Shown here piece by piece: positions 29,201 through 37,667 of a stretch of DNA of 63,590 nt. Position 1 is the first letter of the stretch, and the number at the start of each line of letters is the position of its first letter. Source of the DNA: Phycisphaerae bacterium (GTDB lineage: Bacteria > Planctomycetota > Phycisphaerae > SM23-33); NCBI GenBank assembly GCA_003551645.1, contig PUND01000065.1, positions 1 through 63,590 on the forward strand. The letters run 5' to 3'. The notes under the pieces are model-generated. The model was not told where the DNA came from, did not search any database, and saw nothing but the letters and a program-made list of their open reading frames with translations. The position numbers and the translations under genes are program-made.

Positions 29201-29571
29201 CGATTTTTCAGATACTCGGCGGGCTTGGGCTGCTGCTGGGCACGGTGGCGGTGGGCGTGGTGACGGCCCGGAACGTGCTGGAGCGGCGGACTGAGCTTGC
29301 CCTTCTGCGGGCGGTGGGGCATCCGCCTGCGGGAGTGCGGCGACTGGTGATAGCCGAGCACTGGATGCTACTGACCGCGGGCGTGGGCGTCGGGGCGGCG
29401 GCCGGGCTGCTGGCTGTGATGCCGGCGATGGCCCAGCGGGACGGGCAATTCCCCGCTGTTTCACTGGCCCTTACGCTTCTGGCGATCCTCGCCGGTGGGC
29501 TGGTATGGACATACCTGGCCGCGTCGGCGTCGATGCGCGGCGACCTGCTGCCGGCGCTGAGGAACGAATAA
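26275..29571 (+). CDS. Large FtsX/MacB-family ABC permease (duplicated, 1098 aa)
   Basis: Two repeats of TM, large periplasmic domain and FtsX TM block (QRREEVGTLLAVG; ERRTELALLRAVG). Confidence 0.92.
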   Translation: MNYSRIWLRSLRFYRRTHLGVLAAVAVATAVLVGALVTGDTVRHSMRRMAEQRLGEVEFAVVSPHRLFAADLAGRLDPGCSAVLELAAAAQRPDGAARAAGVRVLGVDERFRRLSASADERMRPEGNEAVVNARLAERLEIAPGDELVLRLETPGVLPLDAPLAGPVDGTHLSVRIRAVVEADNLGDFALTADQQTPLNVFVSRELLAERIGRPGMANLLLMPRGLADDAADADALVRQNWRPADSGLELHRPGEDTVELRSERVFLDAAVVRAAAELGPAAGVLTYFVNTFATDDAEAPYAFAAGVGPLGGRPDDCPLLDALGELDDDEAVVNEWLAERDLQATPGDTLRMSYYVEGVGGRLVERTREFGISAVVPLAGATGDSTLMPEFPGLAGVEDCRNWDPGVPMDLSRIRDLDQRYWDNHGGTPKVFVNLPAAREMWGNRFGELTAIRWPAADGSPDGIAERLGYLIDPAELGLYFQPVRMRAIDAVEQGQDFGQLFLGFSMFLIGSAVLLTGLLFVFGVQQRREEVGTLLAVGWTKDQVRRLLLTEGAVVAVVGGLIGAPAGLGYTAAVAWAMETFWPRAVAGGRLALHAGWVSLVLGTVSAVTIAVLAMWLTLLRQMRRDVRELLAEAAEPPPPPRLRRLGYLPAPLCAAAAGVLLAAGPGLGPQAAAWFFAAGALLLAAFVTGLYAALGRLSGRSRRSLGWWSLAARNVARRRGRSVAVAALLGCASFMVVAVGANRLGVGEDVSERSGPAGGFELMARSSLPIAEDLHTADGRREFGLDAETAESAEAVAFRVHDGDEASCLNIGRAQRPRLLGVRPEVLDGRGAFRFVELAEQADVESPWGVLDMELAEGEIPVIGDQPTLRWSLNKGLGDTVEYTDEHGGPFRLRIVGVIASSVLQGNLVISEEHFRQRFGSVGGYRMALFDAPAGDTDRLAEMLTRAGEPVGLEVTTTAEHLAEFRRVENTYLSIFQILGGLGLLLGTVAVGVVTARNVLERRTELALLRAVGHPPAGVRRLVIAEHWMLLTAGVGVGAAAGLLAVMPAMAQRDGQFPAVSLALTLLAILAGGLVWTYLAASASMRGDLLPALRNE

Positions 29572-29624
29572 TCGCGTCGGCAAGTCGCAAACGGTACAAC
29601 TGGCACGACCCTACGATTCATCGC

Positions 29625-29664
29625 TTGATCGGTTGAGCCGTCAAACCGTTGAGCCGTTGACCCG
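29625..29664. repeat. Five degenerate 8-bp tandem repeats (TTGAGCCG-like)
   Basis: TTGATCGG TTGAGCCG TCAAACCG TTGAGCCG TTGACCCG, between convergent genes. Confidence 0.75.
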
Positions 29665-29733
29665 GCGGAACGGCTACTTGCTAAGCTGCCCCGCGAAGCC
29701 CGATACGCAGGGTGAAGCAGAGCCGGCTGCTGG

Positions 29734-31233
29734 TTACGGGTTACGGGTGCTGCTCACTACCTCAAGCTCGCAGTTTTCCATGGAGATCGTATCAACGGTG
29801 TCGGCCGATGCGCGGAGGCCTCGCGCCTCGATCAATCCGCTTACGTTCCTCGCCCAGACGGCCGTGAACGGCGGGGCGGACCGGCCGCTGATGACGGCGT
29901 CCATGTCGCCGTAGTATTCCGGATTCTGGAGCCGGTTGGACGAACGAAGCAGCTCGACCTTGTCCTCATCCACCGGGTAACTCGGCCAGTGGATGCGGTA
30001 GTCGGTTACTCGCAGGTCGGCGATGTTCTCGGCGACCAGCGCGGCCCGGGCTGTTCGCAGGTCTTCGAGGTCGCCGAAGAAGGAGTTACCGCCGGCCCTT
30101 TTGCCGACCGGCTTGGGGTCGTCGATCATCGGGTAGCGCAAGCGGATATGGTCCAGCGATATGTCCTCGACCGTCGCATCTCCGCCGGCGCCCATCATTA
30201 TCCGGCCGCAGGTCTCGATGTCGAGGTTGGTCACGGTTATCCCGCGGATTCGCCCCGGCGGCCGGGCCGGATAGGTCTTCCCGCAGTTCGGGTGCTCCGG
30301 GATGCACACCTTGTACGGGTCGTCGGTGATGGAGGCGTAGATTTCTATCGGTCGGTCGAACAGCCAGCCGCTCATGCATCGGCCGACGATGTTGGTGAAG
30401 CTGATGTTCTCTATGTTGCCGCCGGCGAACGTGACCAGGTCTATTCCTCGGGAGCAGTTCCTGATGGTGATATTGCTGAACGAGCAGTTCAGGAAGGCCT
30501 GGTCGGACTCGAACCCCAGCCGCATCGCCGCGCACGAGGTCTCCAGGACGCAGTTTGTGACGGTGATGTATTCGCAGCTCCGGCTGTCTTCGGTGGTCTT
30601 CAGCGCGATGGCGTCGTCGCCGGTGTGGATGTAGCAATCGCTGATGATGGTGTGGTGACAGCCGGTGAGGTCGATGCCGTCGCTGTTCGGCCAGAACAGC
30701 GAGTTGTCGATGGTTATGGCGTGTACGAACGCCTTGTCGCAGTCGTGCAGGTGGAGCGTCCAGCCGGCCGGGTCGCACAGGCGGACCTTCTCGACGCGGA
30801 CGTCCGTGCACCGGCTGATCTCGACCATGGGGCTTGGCCGCATGGGGATTTCCCGCCAGAAGGCCCATTCGTGCTCGCGGTCGGGGTGCTGGAAGTGCTT
30901 TCCGTTGCCGTTTATCTCGCCCTCGCCGGCGATGGTGATGTGGTGGGCGTCCTCGGCGAATATCAGGTGGTAGGGGGTGCGGTCGTCGTGGTGGCCCCAG
31001 GAGTGGGCTGCGTAGTCGGAAAGATTCCGCGAGCCGACAATCCGCGCGCCCTGTGAAAGGTGCAGCGTGACGCGGCTCTTAAGCTCGACTGTACCGGTGA
31101 CAAAGTCGCCAGCGGGCACGAGCACCGTGCCGCCGCGCTCGGCGGCGGCGTCCACCGCGCTCTGGAATGCGACGGTATTCAGCGTCTTGCCGTCGGCGAC
31201 GGCGCCGTAATCGAGAACGTTGTGCGTGTTCAT
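29734..31233 (-). CDS. Glycoside hydrolase family 28 / pectate lyase superfamily beta-helix protein
   Basis: NVLDYGAVADG..NT.AFQ.A, NSDGID and GDDAIALK. Confidence 0.85.
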   Translation of the reverse strand: MNTHNVLDYGAVADGKTLNTVAFQSAVDAAAERGGTVLVPAGDFVTGTVELKSRVTLHLSQGARIVGSRNLSDYAAHSWGHHDDRTPYHLIFAEDAHHITIAGEGEINGNGKHFQHPDREHEWAFWREIPMRPSPMVEISRCTDVRVEKVRLCDPAGWTLHLHDCDKAFVHAITIDNSLFWPNSDGIDLTGCHHTIISDCYIHTGDDAIALKTTEDSRSCEYITVTNCVLETSCAAMRLGFESDQAFLNCSFSNITIRNCSRGIDLVTFAGGNIENISFTNIVGRCMSGWLFDRPIEIYASITDDPYKVCIPEHPNCGKTYPARPPGRIRGITVTNLDIETCGRIMMGAGGDATVEDISLDHIRLRYPMIDDPKPVGKRAGGNSFFGDLEDLRTARAALVAENIADLRVTDYRIHWPSYPVDEDKVELLRSSNRLQNPEYYGDMDAVISGRSAPPFTAVWARNVSGLIEARGLRASADTVDTISMENCELEVVSSTRNP

Positions 31234-31331
31234 CCAGGCAAATCCCTGTTCGTTTTGTCCGCGGCGATGTAAGGCGGCCAATCATAGGTCTCTGCACCTC
31301 CGGTGGCAACGGCCGGCGGGGTTTGCCGGAA

Positions 31332-31871
31332 CTACGGCTCGTCGTCGGGCGTGTGTTCGCCGGCGTCTTCGGGGCAGTCGGCGTTCAGCGGCTCTCGCGG
31401 GCCGTGGGGACCTCTCTGATTGGTGCGGAAACCGGGACCACGGCCTTGCTCACCGGCGCGGCGTCGTTCGCGGAAGGTGGGGAAGTGCTCGTCGAGCCGG
31501 TCAAGCTTCTCCCGCCAGCGCCGGGCCTGATCTTCATCCAGTACGTTGGCGACCTCGTCGTCCAGCTCGATCAGTTGGGCGACGATTCTCGGCCTGGCCT
31601 CGGTGCGGATATCGCGCAACGCGCGATAGTGGTCCTGGAGTATCGGCTCAAGTTGCTCTCGCTGCCGCGCGGTCAGGTCCAGTTCCCTTGTCAGCCGGCG
31701 GAGCATCTGCTCGGCGAACTCTTCCGGTTCCGGTTCGCCGGTGTCATGTGGACCGCCGGTAACGATAAGCGTGGCGCTCACGCCGATGGCGATGCCCGCG
31801 ACCAGTATGACAAGCCCCGGCAGGATCGCCTTCCAGACGGAACGTTTCTGATGAGGTAAGTCCGTATTCAT
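31332..31871 (-). CDS. Membrane-anchored Spy/CpxP-like (heavy-metal-sensor-like) periplasmic helical protein
   Basis: N-terminal TM segment, LDLTARQREQL and VLDEDQ..W helical repeats; last gene of the ECF operon. Confidence 0.6.
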   Translation of the reverse strand: MNTDLPHQKRSVWKAILPGLVILVAGIAIGVSATLIVTGGPHDTGEPEPEEFAEQMLRRLTRELDLTARQREQLEPILQDHYRALRDIRTEARPRIVAQLIELDDEVANVLDEDQARRWREKLDRLDEHFPTFRERRRAGEQGRGPGFRTNQRGPHGPREPLNADCPEDAGEHTPDDEP

Positions 31872-32131
31872 TGTGCGGCCCAGATAACGACTTCCAGAAT
31901 ATCGTTCATGGAGTCTGCTCGCTGTTGCCAGAAAGACAGAGCCAGCAGCACCAGCGCCGCGGCGGCCGCCGAGGACGCCACAGAGAACCACAGCAGTGAC
32001 CGCTGCACGCGATTGCCCTGGTCAGCGCCCCGCGCGTTCAGTGTCTTCATCACCTGCTCGGTCACGTCCACATCGGGGACGGCCTCGTTACGCGCTCCGG
32101 CGAAGAGGTTGTTAAGTTTGACGCGTTTCAT
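31868..32131 (-). CDS. Small single-TM protein, putative anti-sigma factor
   Basis: 87 aa with one C-terminal TM segment; overlaps the stop of the ECF sigma gene. Confidence 0.6.
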   Translation of the reverse strand: MKRVKLNNLFAGARNEAVPDVDVTEQVMKTLNARGADQGNRVQRSLLWFSVASSAAAAALVLLALSFWQQRADSMNDILEVVIWAAQ

Positions 32132-32748
32132 TACCGCTCCAGTCGGATGTTCGCTTTGGCGGCGAGTTTCTGCAGTTTCTTCATGGCCCGGTGCGTCCGC
32201 ACGCGTACGCTCGTCTTCGACCAGCCGGTGAGGTAGGCGGTTTGCTCGGTGTCGTGCTGTTGCAGATACCGCAGAGTGATCACCAGCCGGTCTCGCGCCG
32301 GCAATCGCGACAGCAGATGGCGAACCAGTTCGGCGGCCTCCTGCCTGTCGCGGTCGTCTTCGGAGTCACCGGCGATGCGCTGCCAGGCGTCGTCGCCGAG
32401 CGAGTCGGCCTGCCGGTCGCAGCTTTTGTCACACCAGTATCGGTAGCCGACCCGAGTGGCTATGCGGGCCAGCCAGTGCTCGAACGGCGCCTTGTGCTTG
32501 TAGCCGGCGATGCTCATATATGCCTCAACGAACACATTGTGCGTCAGCTCTTCGTGTTCCAGCCGGTCCCGCGTGAACCGCCACATGATCTTCGCAACGG
32601 CCTGCTGATGGCGCTCCACCAGGCGCCTGTATGCTTCGGGGTCGCCGTTTTGGCTCAGCCGGACGTCCTCGGCGTCGGCCCCGACGGGCCGGAAAACTTC
32701 GGCGCTCGGGCGGGGCGGCGCATCGGCGAGCATGGCAAGAAGCTCCAT
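32131..32748 (-). CDS. ECF RNA polymerase sigma-70 factor
   Basis: GDPEAYRRLVERH, EELTHNVFVEAY, FEHWLARIA, LPARDRLVITLRY and SVRVRTHRA. Start uncertain (32748-32811). Confidence 0.9.
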   Translation of the reverse strand: MELLAMLADAPPRPSAEVFRPVGADAEDVRLSQNGDPEAYRRLVERHQQAVAKIMWRFTRDRLEHEELTHNVFVEAYMSIAGYKHKAPFEHWLARIATRVGYRYWCDKSCDRQADSLGDDAWQRIAGDSEDDRDRQEAAELVRHLLSRLPARDRLVITLRYLQQHDTEQTAYLTGWSKTSVRVRTHRAMKKLQKLAAKANIRLER

Positions 32749-32892
32749 CACTGTGTAGCGAATCTCGCCGAAGGCAATCGAGCCGCCCGAATGTGCCGTC
32801 GCAGGGTTCATCTCATCCCGATCAGTACGCGGTTGACAGGCCTTGCCCGCGGCGTGCGGGCAAGACCTGTCGCCATAACGTCATTATCCGCA

Positions 32893-33303
32893 TTACCGGC
32901 AGTCGGGTCCACTGCCGTCGCGCGGGCCTTGCCGGGCGCCGCCGCCTCTGGCCTGGCCTCTGCCCCGGCCGCTGCCGTCACGAGGGCCTTCACCTTCCCC
33001 GCGACCTTCGCCATGACCCAGCCCACGCCGGGCGCCGGAACCGTCACGCGCGCCTTCGCCTTCGCCGCGACCTTCGCCGCGATTCTCACGCCGGCGGGCC
33101 CCGCGGCCGTCACGAGGGGCGTTTTCGCCGCGGGTCCCATCGCGCGGACCAACCTGATCGCCCTGGGGGTCTTCCGCGTCGCACGCCGGCTCGGCCGTCT
33201 CTGTGGTGACCGCATCTTCGGCCTCGGCCGAGACGGTCCCGACCGTTACGGCCAGGCCCAGGAGCAGCACCAGTCCGAAACCCGTCAGTAGCATCGCCTT
33301 CAT
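32893..33303 (-). CDS. Secreted low-complexity Gly/Arg/Glu protein with RDGSG repeats
   Basis: Signal peptide (VSA-EA), duplicated GEGRGEGEG(A/P)RDGSG unit and two Cys. First gene of the ECF operon with an RBS. Confidence 0.7.
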   Translation of the reverse strand: MKAMLLTGFGLVLLLGLAVTVGTVSAEAEDAVTTETAEPACDAEDPQGDQVGPRDGTRGENAPRDGRGARRRENRGEGRGEGEGARDGSGARRGLGHGEGRGEGEGPRDGSGRGRGQARGGGARQGPRDGSGPDCR

Positions 33304-33467
33304 CGTTCTGTCCTTTCTGTCAGGGACTTAACTCTTCACAGGCCCGCCGATGGGCCTGTCCACCCCTGTAGTGGGCGCGACGGCCGCCGGCGTTACACGG
33401 TTTCCGGATTTTTTGCCGCCTGCGGCCTTACAGCGGCACGACCGGCGCCTCAAGCTCGGGTGGAGGT

Positions 33468-33926
33468 TTGGGCCTCAAAGGACCGATAAATGCACCGGAG
33501 ACAAATATCGTGGAATTGCTCGGACATAACATCGGCGACATCGTCGCCCTGCTGGCCGATATATGCGTCTCAGTCGTCGAGGCGATCGGGCTGGTGGTGA
33601 TCGTCGGCATCACCATCCACTCCCTGATAATAGCCTGCGGCGGCCTGCTGAAACGCCTCAAGGGCGGCGTGGTCTTTCGCGATGTGCGTCTGCGCCTGAC
33701 ACGCGGCATTCTGCTGGGGCTGGAGTTGCTGGTGGCCGCGGACATCATCCGCACCATCGCCATCGACATGACTTTCAAGAGCATCGGCGGACTGGCACTG
33801 ATAATCGCCATCCGCACATTCCTGAACTTCACGCTTGAAGTGGAGATGACCGGCCATTGGCCGTGGCAGCAGAAGGGTCGGTTATCCGGCCCGAAGCCAC
33901 CTCAGGAGACATCTGCCAACGGCTGA
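33468..33926 (+). CDS. DUF1622 family membrane protein
   Basis: RLRLTRGILLGLELLVAADIIRTI..IRTFLNFTLEVE. Start uncertain. Confidence 0.88.
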   Translation: MGLKGPINAPETNIVELLGHNIGDIVALLADICVSVVEAIGLVVIVGITIHSLIIACGGLLKRLKGGVVFRDVRLRLTRGILLGLELLVAADIIRTIAIDMTFKSIGGLALIIAIRTFLNFTLEVEMTGHWPWQQKGRLSGPKPPQETSANG

Positions 33927-34038
33927 GGCCCCCATGCAGGGCGGCTTTGGATTGATCGCGGGGACAAGCGCTTGGGTTTCGATCATAAACCCGCATCTGC
34001 TTCAACCGGCGAACACGCCAAGCTGAGCAGACCCCCCT

Positions 34039-34200
34039 CCGCACGCTCCCACGCATAAACTGGCCAAGGGCGGCACATATTTCGTAACGGCCGGAACATA
34101 CCAGAAAGATAATCATTTCCGCTCTCGCCGCCGCCCGGACGTGCTTAAACGCGGGCTTCTGACGGTGGCCCGGGATTTCGACTGGTCCATCGAGGCATGA
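34039..34200 (+). pseudogene. N-terminal fragment of a REP-associated tyrosine transposase (RAYT/Y1 HUH)
   Basis: Manual translation PHAPTHKLAKGGTYFVTAGTYQKDNHFRSRRRPDVLKRGLLTVARDFDWSIEA*. TGA stands where Trp is expected just before the HUH motif, and there is no in-frame start (stop at 34024). Confidence 0.7.
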
Positions 34201-34307
34201 GCACGGAGAGGCGTGCATGTGTCTTGCCCCCCTTCAGGAAGCGATTGAAATCCGATAGCCCGCACGCGTCGTCGGGGGCGGCTGCCGCTCAGCCAAGGTT
34301 TCCCGCA

Positions 34308-34601
34308 CTAATGCGGCGGCATTTTATCTTTGCCTTCGGATTCTTGGATGGCCCGGCCGATTTCGCCGGCTGTCTGCTCGACGCGCTCGTCGGCCCGCAC
34401 CGCGGCCTTCCAGAACCAGAACGCAATCGCCCCCAGCACAAACGTCAGCACAAGAACCGCCGCCCATATCGCCTTGTCATGCCTGCCCGCAAAGGCCTTA
34501 TCCGGCATGCGCATCAAGCTGACGACCTGGAAGATCCAGAATATCAGCGCACCGACCACCAAAACGACGAGCAGGAGCCCAAAGAAATTCATTATTACCA
34601 C
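34308..34601 (-). CDS. Small membrane protein with a PLDc_N-like two-TM domain
   Basis: WIFQVVSLMR..DKAIWAAVLVLTFVLGAIAFW pattern. Confidence 0.7.
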   Translation of the reverse strand: MVIMNFFGLLLVVLVVGALIFWIFQVVSLMRMPDKAFAGRHDKAIWAAVLVLTFVLGAIAFWFWKAAVRADERVEQTAGEIGRAIQESEGKDKMPPH

Positions 34602-34732
34602 ATCTGCCTCCTTCCCAGTACGCCACCGCCCCTGCTGGCCGGAAGCGCCCGCAAACCCGGTTGATAAGTCACTATCCCCAGTCTGTCCCGCGCCGTCAAG
34701 CCAGAATAACTCCGATGGTCGGGCTGATCGGG

Positions 34733-35500
34733 TCAGAGCGACCAGTCTCGTCCGGTGAGGTCGTCTAGCCGGCGGCGGTCGGTCATATCCACGTGCAGGG
34801 GCGTTACGGTGATATAGCCGTCGGCCAGGGCGACAACGTCGGTGTTTTCCTGCTCGTCGGCGAAGGAGTAGTCGTCTGTCAGCCGGTAGCTTTCGGCGCC
34901 GTCGCGGCCGACGTCGCGGTGGTATGCATCCTCGATGCCCGCGGTGGACTGCGCCGCCACCCGCACGCCCGCGGGCCTGCCCTCACCGAGCAGCGGCACG
35001 TTTACGTTGATAAGCTCGCCCGGCCCCACACCGGCACCGAGCAGATTGTCCAGGACGCGCCTGCACAGGCGGGCCGCCGCGGGAAAGTCCGTCTCGCCGT
35101 TTACGGTCTCGGCCGAGAAGGCCACCGCGGGCAGGCCGAGCATGGCCGCCTCCGCCGCCGCGGCGACTGTGCCGGAGTAGAAGACGTTTATACCGACGTT
35201 GCTGCCGGCGTTCAGCCCGGCGATGACCAGTTCCGGCGGCGAGTCCATCAAGCTGCGGACGGCCAGGCGAACGCAGTCGGCCGGTCGGCCGGCGACCGAG
35301 AAGCCGGCGAACCCCGGCGGCCCGTCCACCTCCACGCGGTGCACGGTCAGCGGCCGGCGGATGGTGATGGCGTGCCCGGCGGCCGACTGGGGCGAATCCG
35401 GCGCCGCGACCGTAACGTCGCCCATATCCGCCACGGCGCCGTACATCGCCGCCAGCCCGGGCGCGAGTATGCCGTCGTCGTTGCTCAGCAGGATTCTCAT
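34733..35500 (-). CDS. surE: 5'/3'-nucleotidase SurE
   Basis: MRILLSNDDGI, AP..QSAAGHA, GLNAGSNVG..YSGTVAAA and VTPL. Confidence 0.96.
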   Translation of the reverse strand: MRILLSNDDGILAPGLAAMYGAVADMGDVTVAAPDSPQSAAGHAITIRRPLTVHRVEVDGPPGFAGFSVAGRPADCVRLAVRSLMDSPPELVIAGLNAGSNVGINVFYSGTVAAAAEAAMLGLPAVAFSAETVNGETDFPAAARLCRRVLDNLLGAGVGPGELINVNVPLLGEGRPAGVRVAAQSTAGIEDAYHRDVGRDGAESYRLTDDYSFADEQENTDVVALADGYITVTPLHVDMTDRRRLDDLTGRDWSL

Positions 35501-35619
35501 TGCCGATGAGTCTATCGCACCCGCCGTCGGGGGCAAGCCGGCATTCCATTGATGTCTGTGAGGTATGTGGCGCATTGGCCCCGACCGGAGCGTTCACGGC
35601 CGGGACGGCCGTGCCACAT

Positions 35620-36513
35620 CTACCGTCCGGCGTCAAAAAACTGCCAAACCCGCTCGGCGTAGGTGGCGTAATGGAGGTCGTCCTCGGGCAGCTCGCCGCC
35701 CGGCGGCAGCGTGTTGGCCTTAACAGTGCCGTCGTCTTCCAGCGTCCGCACGGCACCGCCGCCGAACAGCACGTTGAACCTTCCACGATGGCCCCAGCCC
35801 GCGCGTACGGGATATGCCCCCTCGCCGGCCGGAGCGGAATAGTCCCGTCGCCAGAACTGGTCGCTGAGTATCGCATTCCGCATCGGGTCGAACTCGCCGC
35901 CTATCGGCTCGGCCAGGCGGTACGTCCTGTCCATCCGCACCAGCGGCACACGGGGCCGATACCCGCCGGTCGGCATCACCTGCCCGCCGGCACTGACGAC
36001 ATAGGCCTGGAGCAGCCCGCCGCGCCGATAGTACGCCAGCTCCGGCGCCGAAGAGAACAGGTCCTCACTCGGCGGAAACCGCAGGCAATAGCTGCTGAAC
36101 CGCGATGTGTCGGGAAAGTAGCTTGCGTCGCCGCCGCGCAGCGACCCGTCCTCGGCCGGGCATATAAGCCGGCGCCTGGCTATGCGGTCCTGATCCGCAA
36201 CCGTCCAGAGGTTCACGCTTTCCGTGCCGGGCCGGCCGAAGTCGCCACCCTCGCCGGCGCCGCCCCAGTGCCCCGACAGCGGCAGGTTCGCGTCGCGATA
36301 GTCGCTGAACGCGAAGGGGGGCAGGCGCCTGTCATTCTCGGCCGCGTAGCCCAGAAGCGCCTGATGGGCCCCCCGCATGGACGCCGCGCAGCCGACCAGC
36401 CGGGCCTGGGCACGCGCCGCACCCAGAACAGGCAGAAGAATCCCCGCCAGAAGCGCAATTATGGCCACCACGGCCAGCAACTCGACCAGCGTAAAACCCT
36501 TGCGCGACAACAT
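35620..36513 (-). CDS. Prepilin-type N-terminal cleavage/methylation domain protein (planctomycete DUF1559-like)
   Basis: KGFTLVELLAVVAIIALLAGILLPVLGAAR, LICPA and C-terminal GHRGRFNVLFGGGAV. Confidence 0.88.
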   Translation of the reverse strand: MLSRKGFTLVELLAVVAIIALLAGILLPVLGAARAQARLVGCAASMRGAHQALLGYAAENDRRLPPFAFSDYRDANLPLSGHWGGAGEGGDFGRPGTESVNLWTVADQDRIARRRLICPAEDGSLRGGDASYFPDTSRFSSYCLRFPPSEDLFSSAPELAYYRRGGLLQAYVVSAGGQVMPTGGYRPRVPLVRMDRTYRLAEPIGGEFDPMRNAILSDQFWRRDYSAPAGEGAYPVRAGWGHRGRFNVLFGGGAVRTLEDDGTVKANTLPPGGELPEDDLHYATYAERVWQFFDAGR

Positions 36514-36704
36514 ACCCGTCTGCCCTTACCTGTTCCGATATGACCGTAAGGCGAACGGGCCGGAGTGTTACAGACATCCAAGCCGCTGTCAACTACCGGT
36601 TTGGCGGGTTTCCGGCGGCCGTGGCGCCGCATTCCCCGCGGTTCACACGGCCGGCTGGGGTTGCTGATTGGTCTGGTTTTGTCGTACTGCCGCGGCCTGG
36701 GTGG

Positions 36705-37667
36705 TCAGAACCACCACGCCTCGCCGGCTTTCTCGCGGAGGATGATCGGCTTGAGGTACTCGACGGCCTTCTCGAAGCCCTCTGACATGCTCATCAGCGC
36801 ATCCTCGTGCTCGATGCTGATGACGCCGTCGTAGTCGTACCGCCGCAGCATGGACAGGAACGGCCGCCAGAAATCGTCGCCGTGGCCGTAGCCGACCGTG
36901 CGGAAGACCCACGCGCGGGCGTTTATCTCGCCGTAGCTCTTGATATCAAGGTTGCCGGTGATGCGGCTGTTGCGGTCGTCTATCTCGCAGTCCTTGGCGT
37001 GGACGTGGAAGATGCACTTGTTCTCGCCGAGGTACCGCGCCGCCTCGATGGGGTCGATGCCCTGCCAGAAGAAGTGGCTGGGGTCGAGGTTCGCGCCGAG
37101 GGCGTTTCCCGCGGCCTTTCGCAGCCGGACGACATCCTCGGGGTTGTGCACCGTCATGCCCGGATGGGCCTCGAAGGCGATCTTGACGCCGTGCTTTTTG
37201 GCGAACTCCGCCTCCTTGGACCAGTAGGGGATGATGACCTTGTTCCACTGGTAGTCGGCTATCTGCTCAAAATCCGGCGGCCAGGGGCAGGTCACCCAGT
37301 TGGGCGTGCGGTCGTTCGGCCCGCCGCCGGGGCAGCCGGAGAAGTTGATGACCACCGTGTTGAACTCCGCCGCCAGGCGAACCGCGTTGCGATGGGCCTT
37401 GTGGTGGGCGTTGGCGGTGCGCTTGTCAGGATGGACCGGGTTGCCGTGGGCGGCGATGCCGCGGACATTCAATCCGTGGTCGGCGATCTTGGCCTTCAGC
37501 TCCTTGACCTTGGTCTTGCTGGTGTGGATGCCGCCGAGGTTCCACGGATCGCCGGGATAGGCCCCGCAGGGCAGCTCGACGGCGTCCAGCCCGAGCTTCT
37601 GGCAGTAGCCCAGCGCCTCATCCAGCGACATCCCGCCGAACATTGCTCCCATCACGCCAAGTTCCAT
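36705..37667 (-). CDS. Sugar phosphate isomerase/epimerase (xylose isomerase-like TIM barrel)
   Basis: FEAHPG, ANLDPSHFFWQG, FHVHAKD and SIEHED metal ligands. Confidence 0.92.
   Translation of the reverse strand: MELGVMGAMFGGMSLDEALGYCQKLGLDAVELPCGAYPGDPWNLGGIHTSKTKVKELKAKIADHGLNVRGIAAHGNPVHPDKRTANAHHKAHRNAVRLAAEFNTVVINFSGCPGGGPNDRTPNWVTCPWPPDFEQIADYQWNKVIIPYWSKEAEFAKKHGVKIAFEAHPGMTVHNPEDVVRLRKAAGNALGANLDPSHFFWQGIDPIEAARYLGENKCIFHVHAKDCEIDDRNSRITGNLDIKSYGEINARAWVFRTVGYGHGDDFWRPFLSMLRRYDYDGVISIEHEDALMSMSEGFEKAVEYLKPIILREKAGEAWWF

Noticed and set aside
34198-34200. TGA read-through (Trp or Sec) in the RAYT fragment
   Set aside because: The downstream frame does not resume with the expected HUH motif, so decay is the simpler explanation.
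36650-36680. Possible 8-bp repeat array
   Set aside because: Too degenerate to distinguish from chance.
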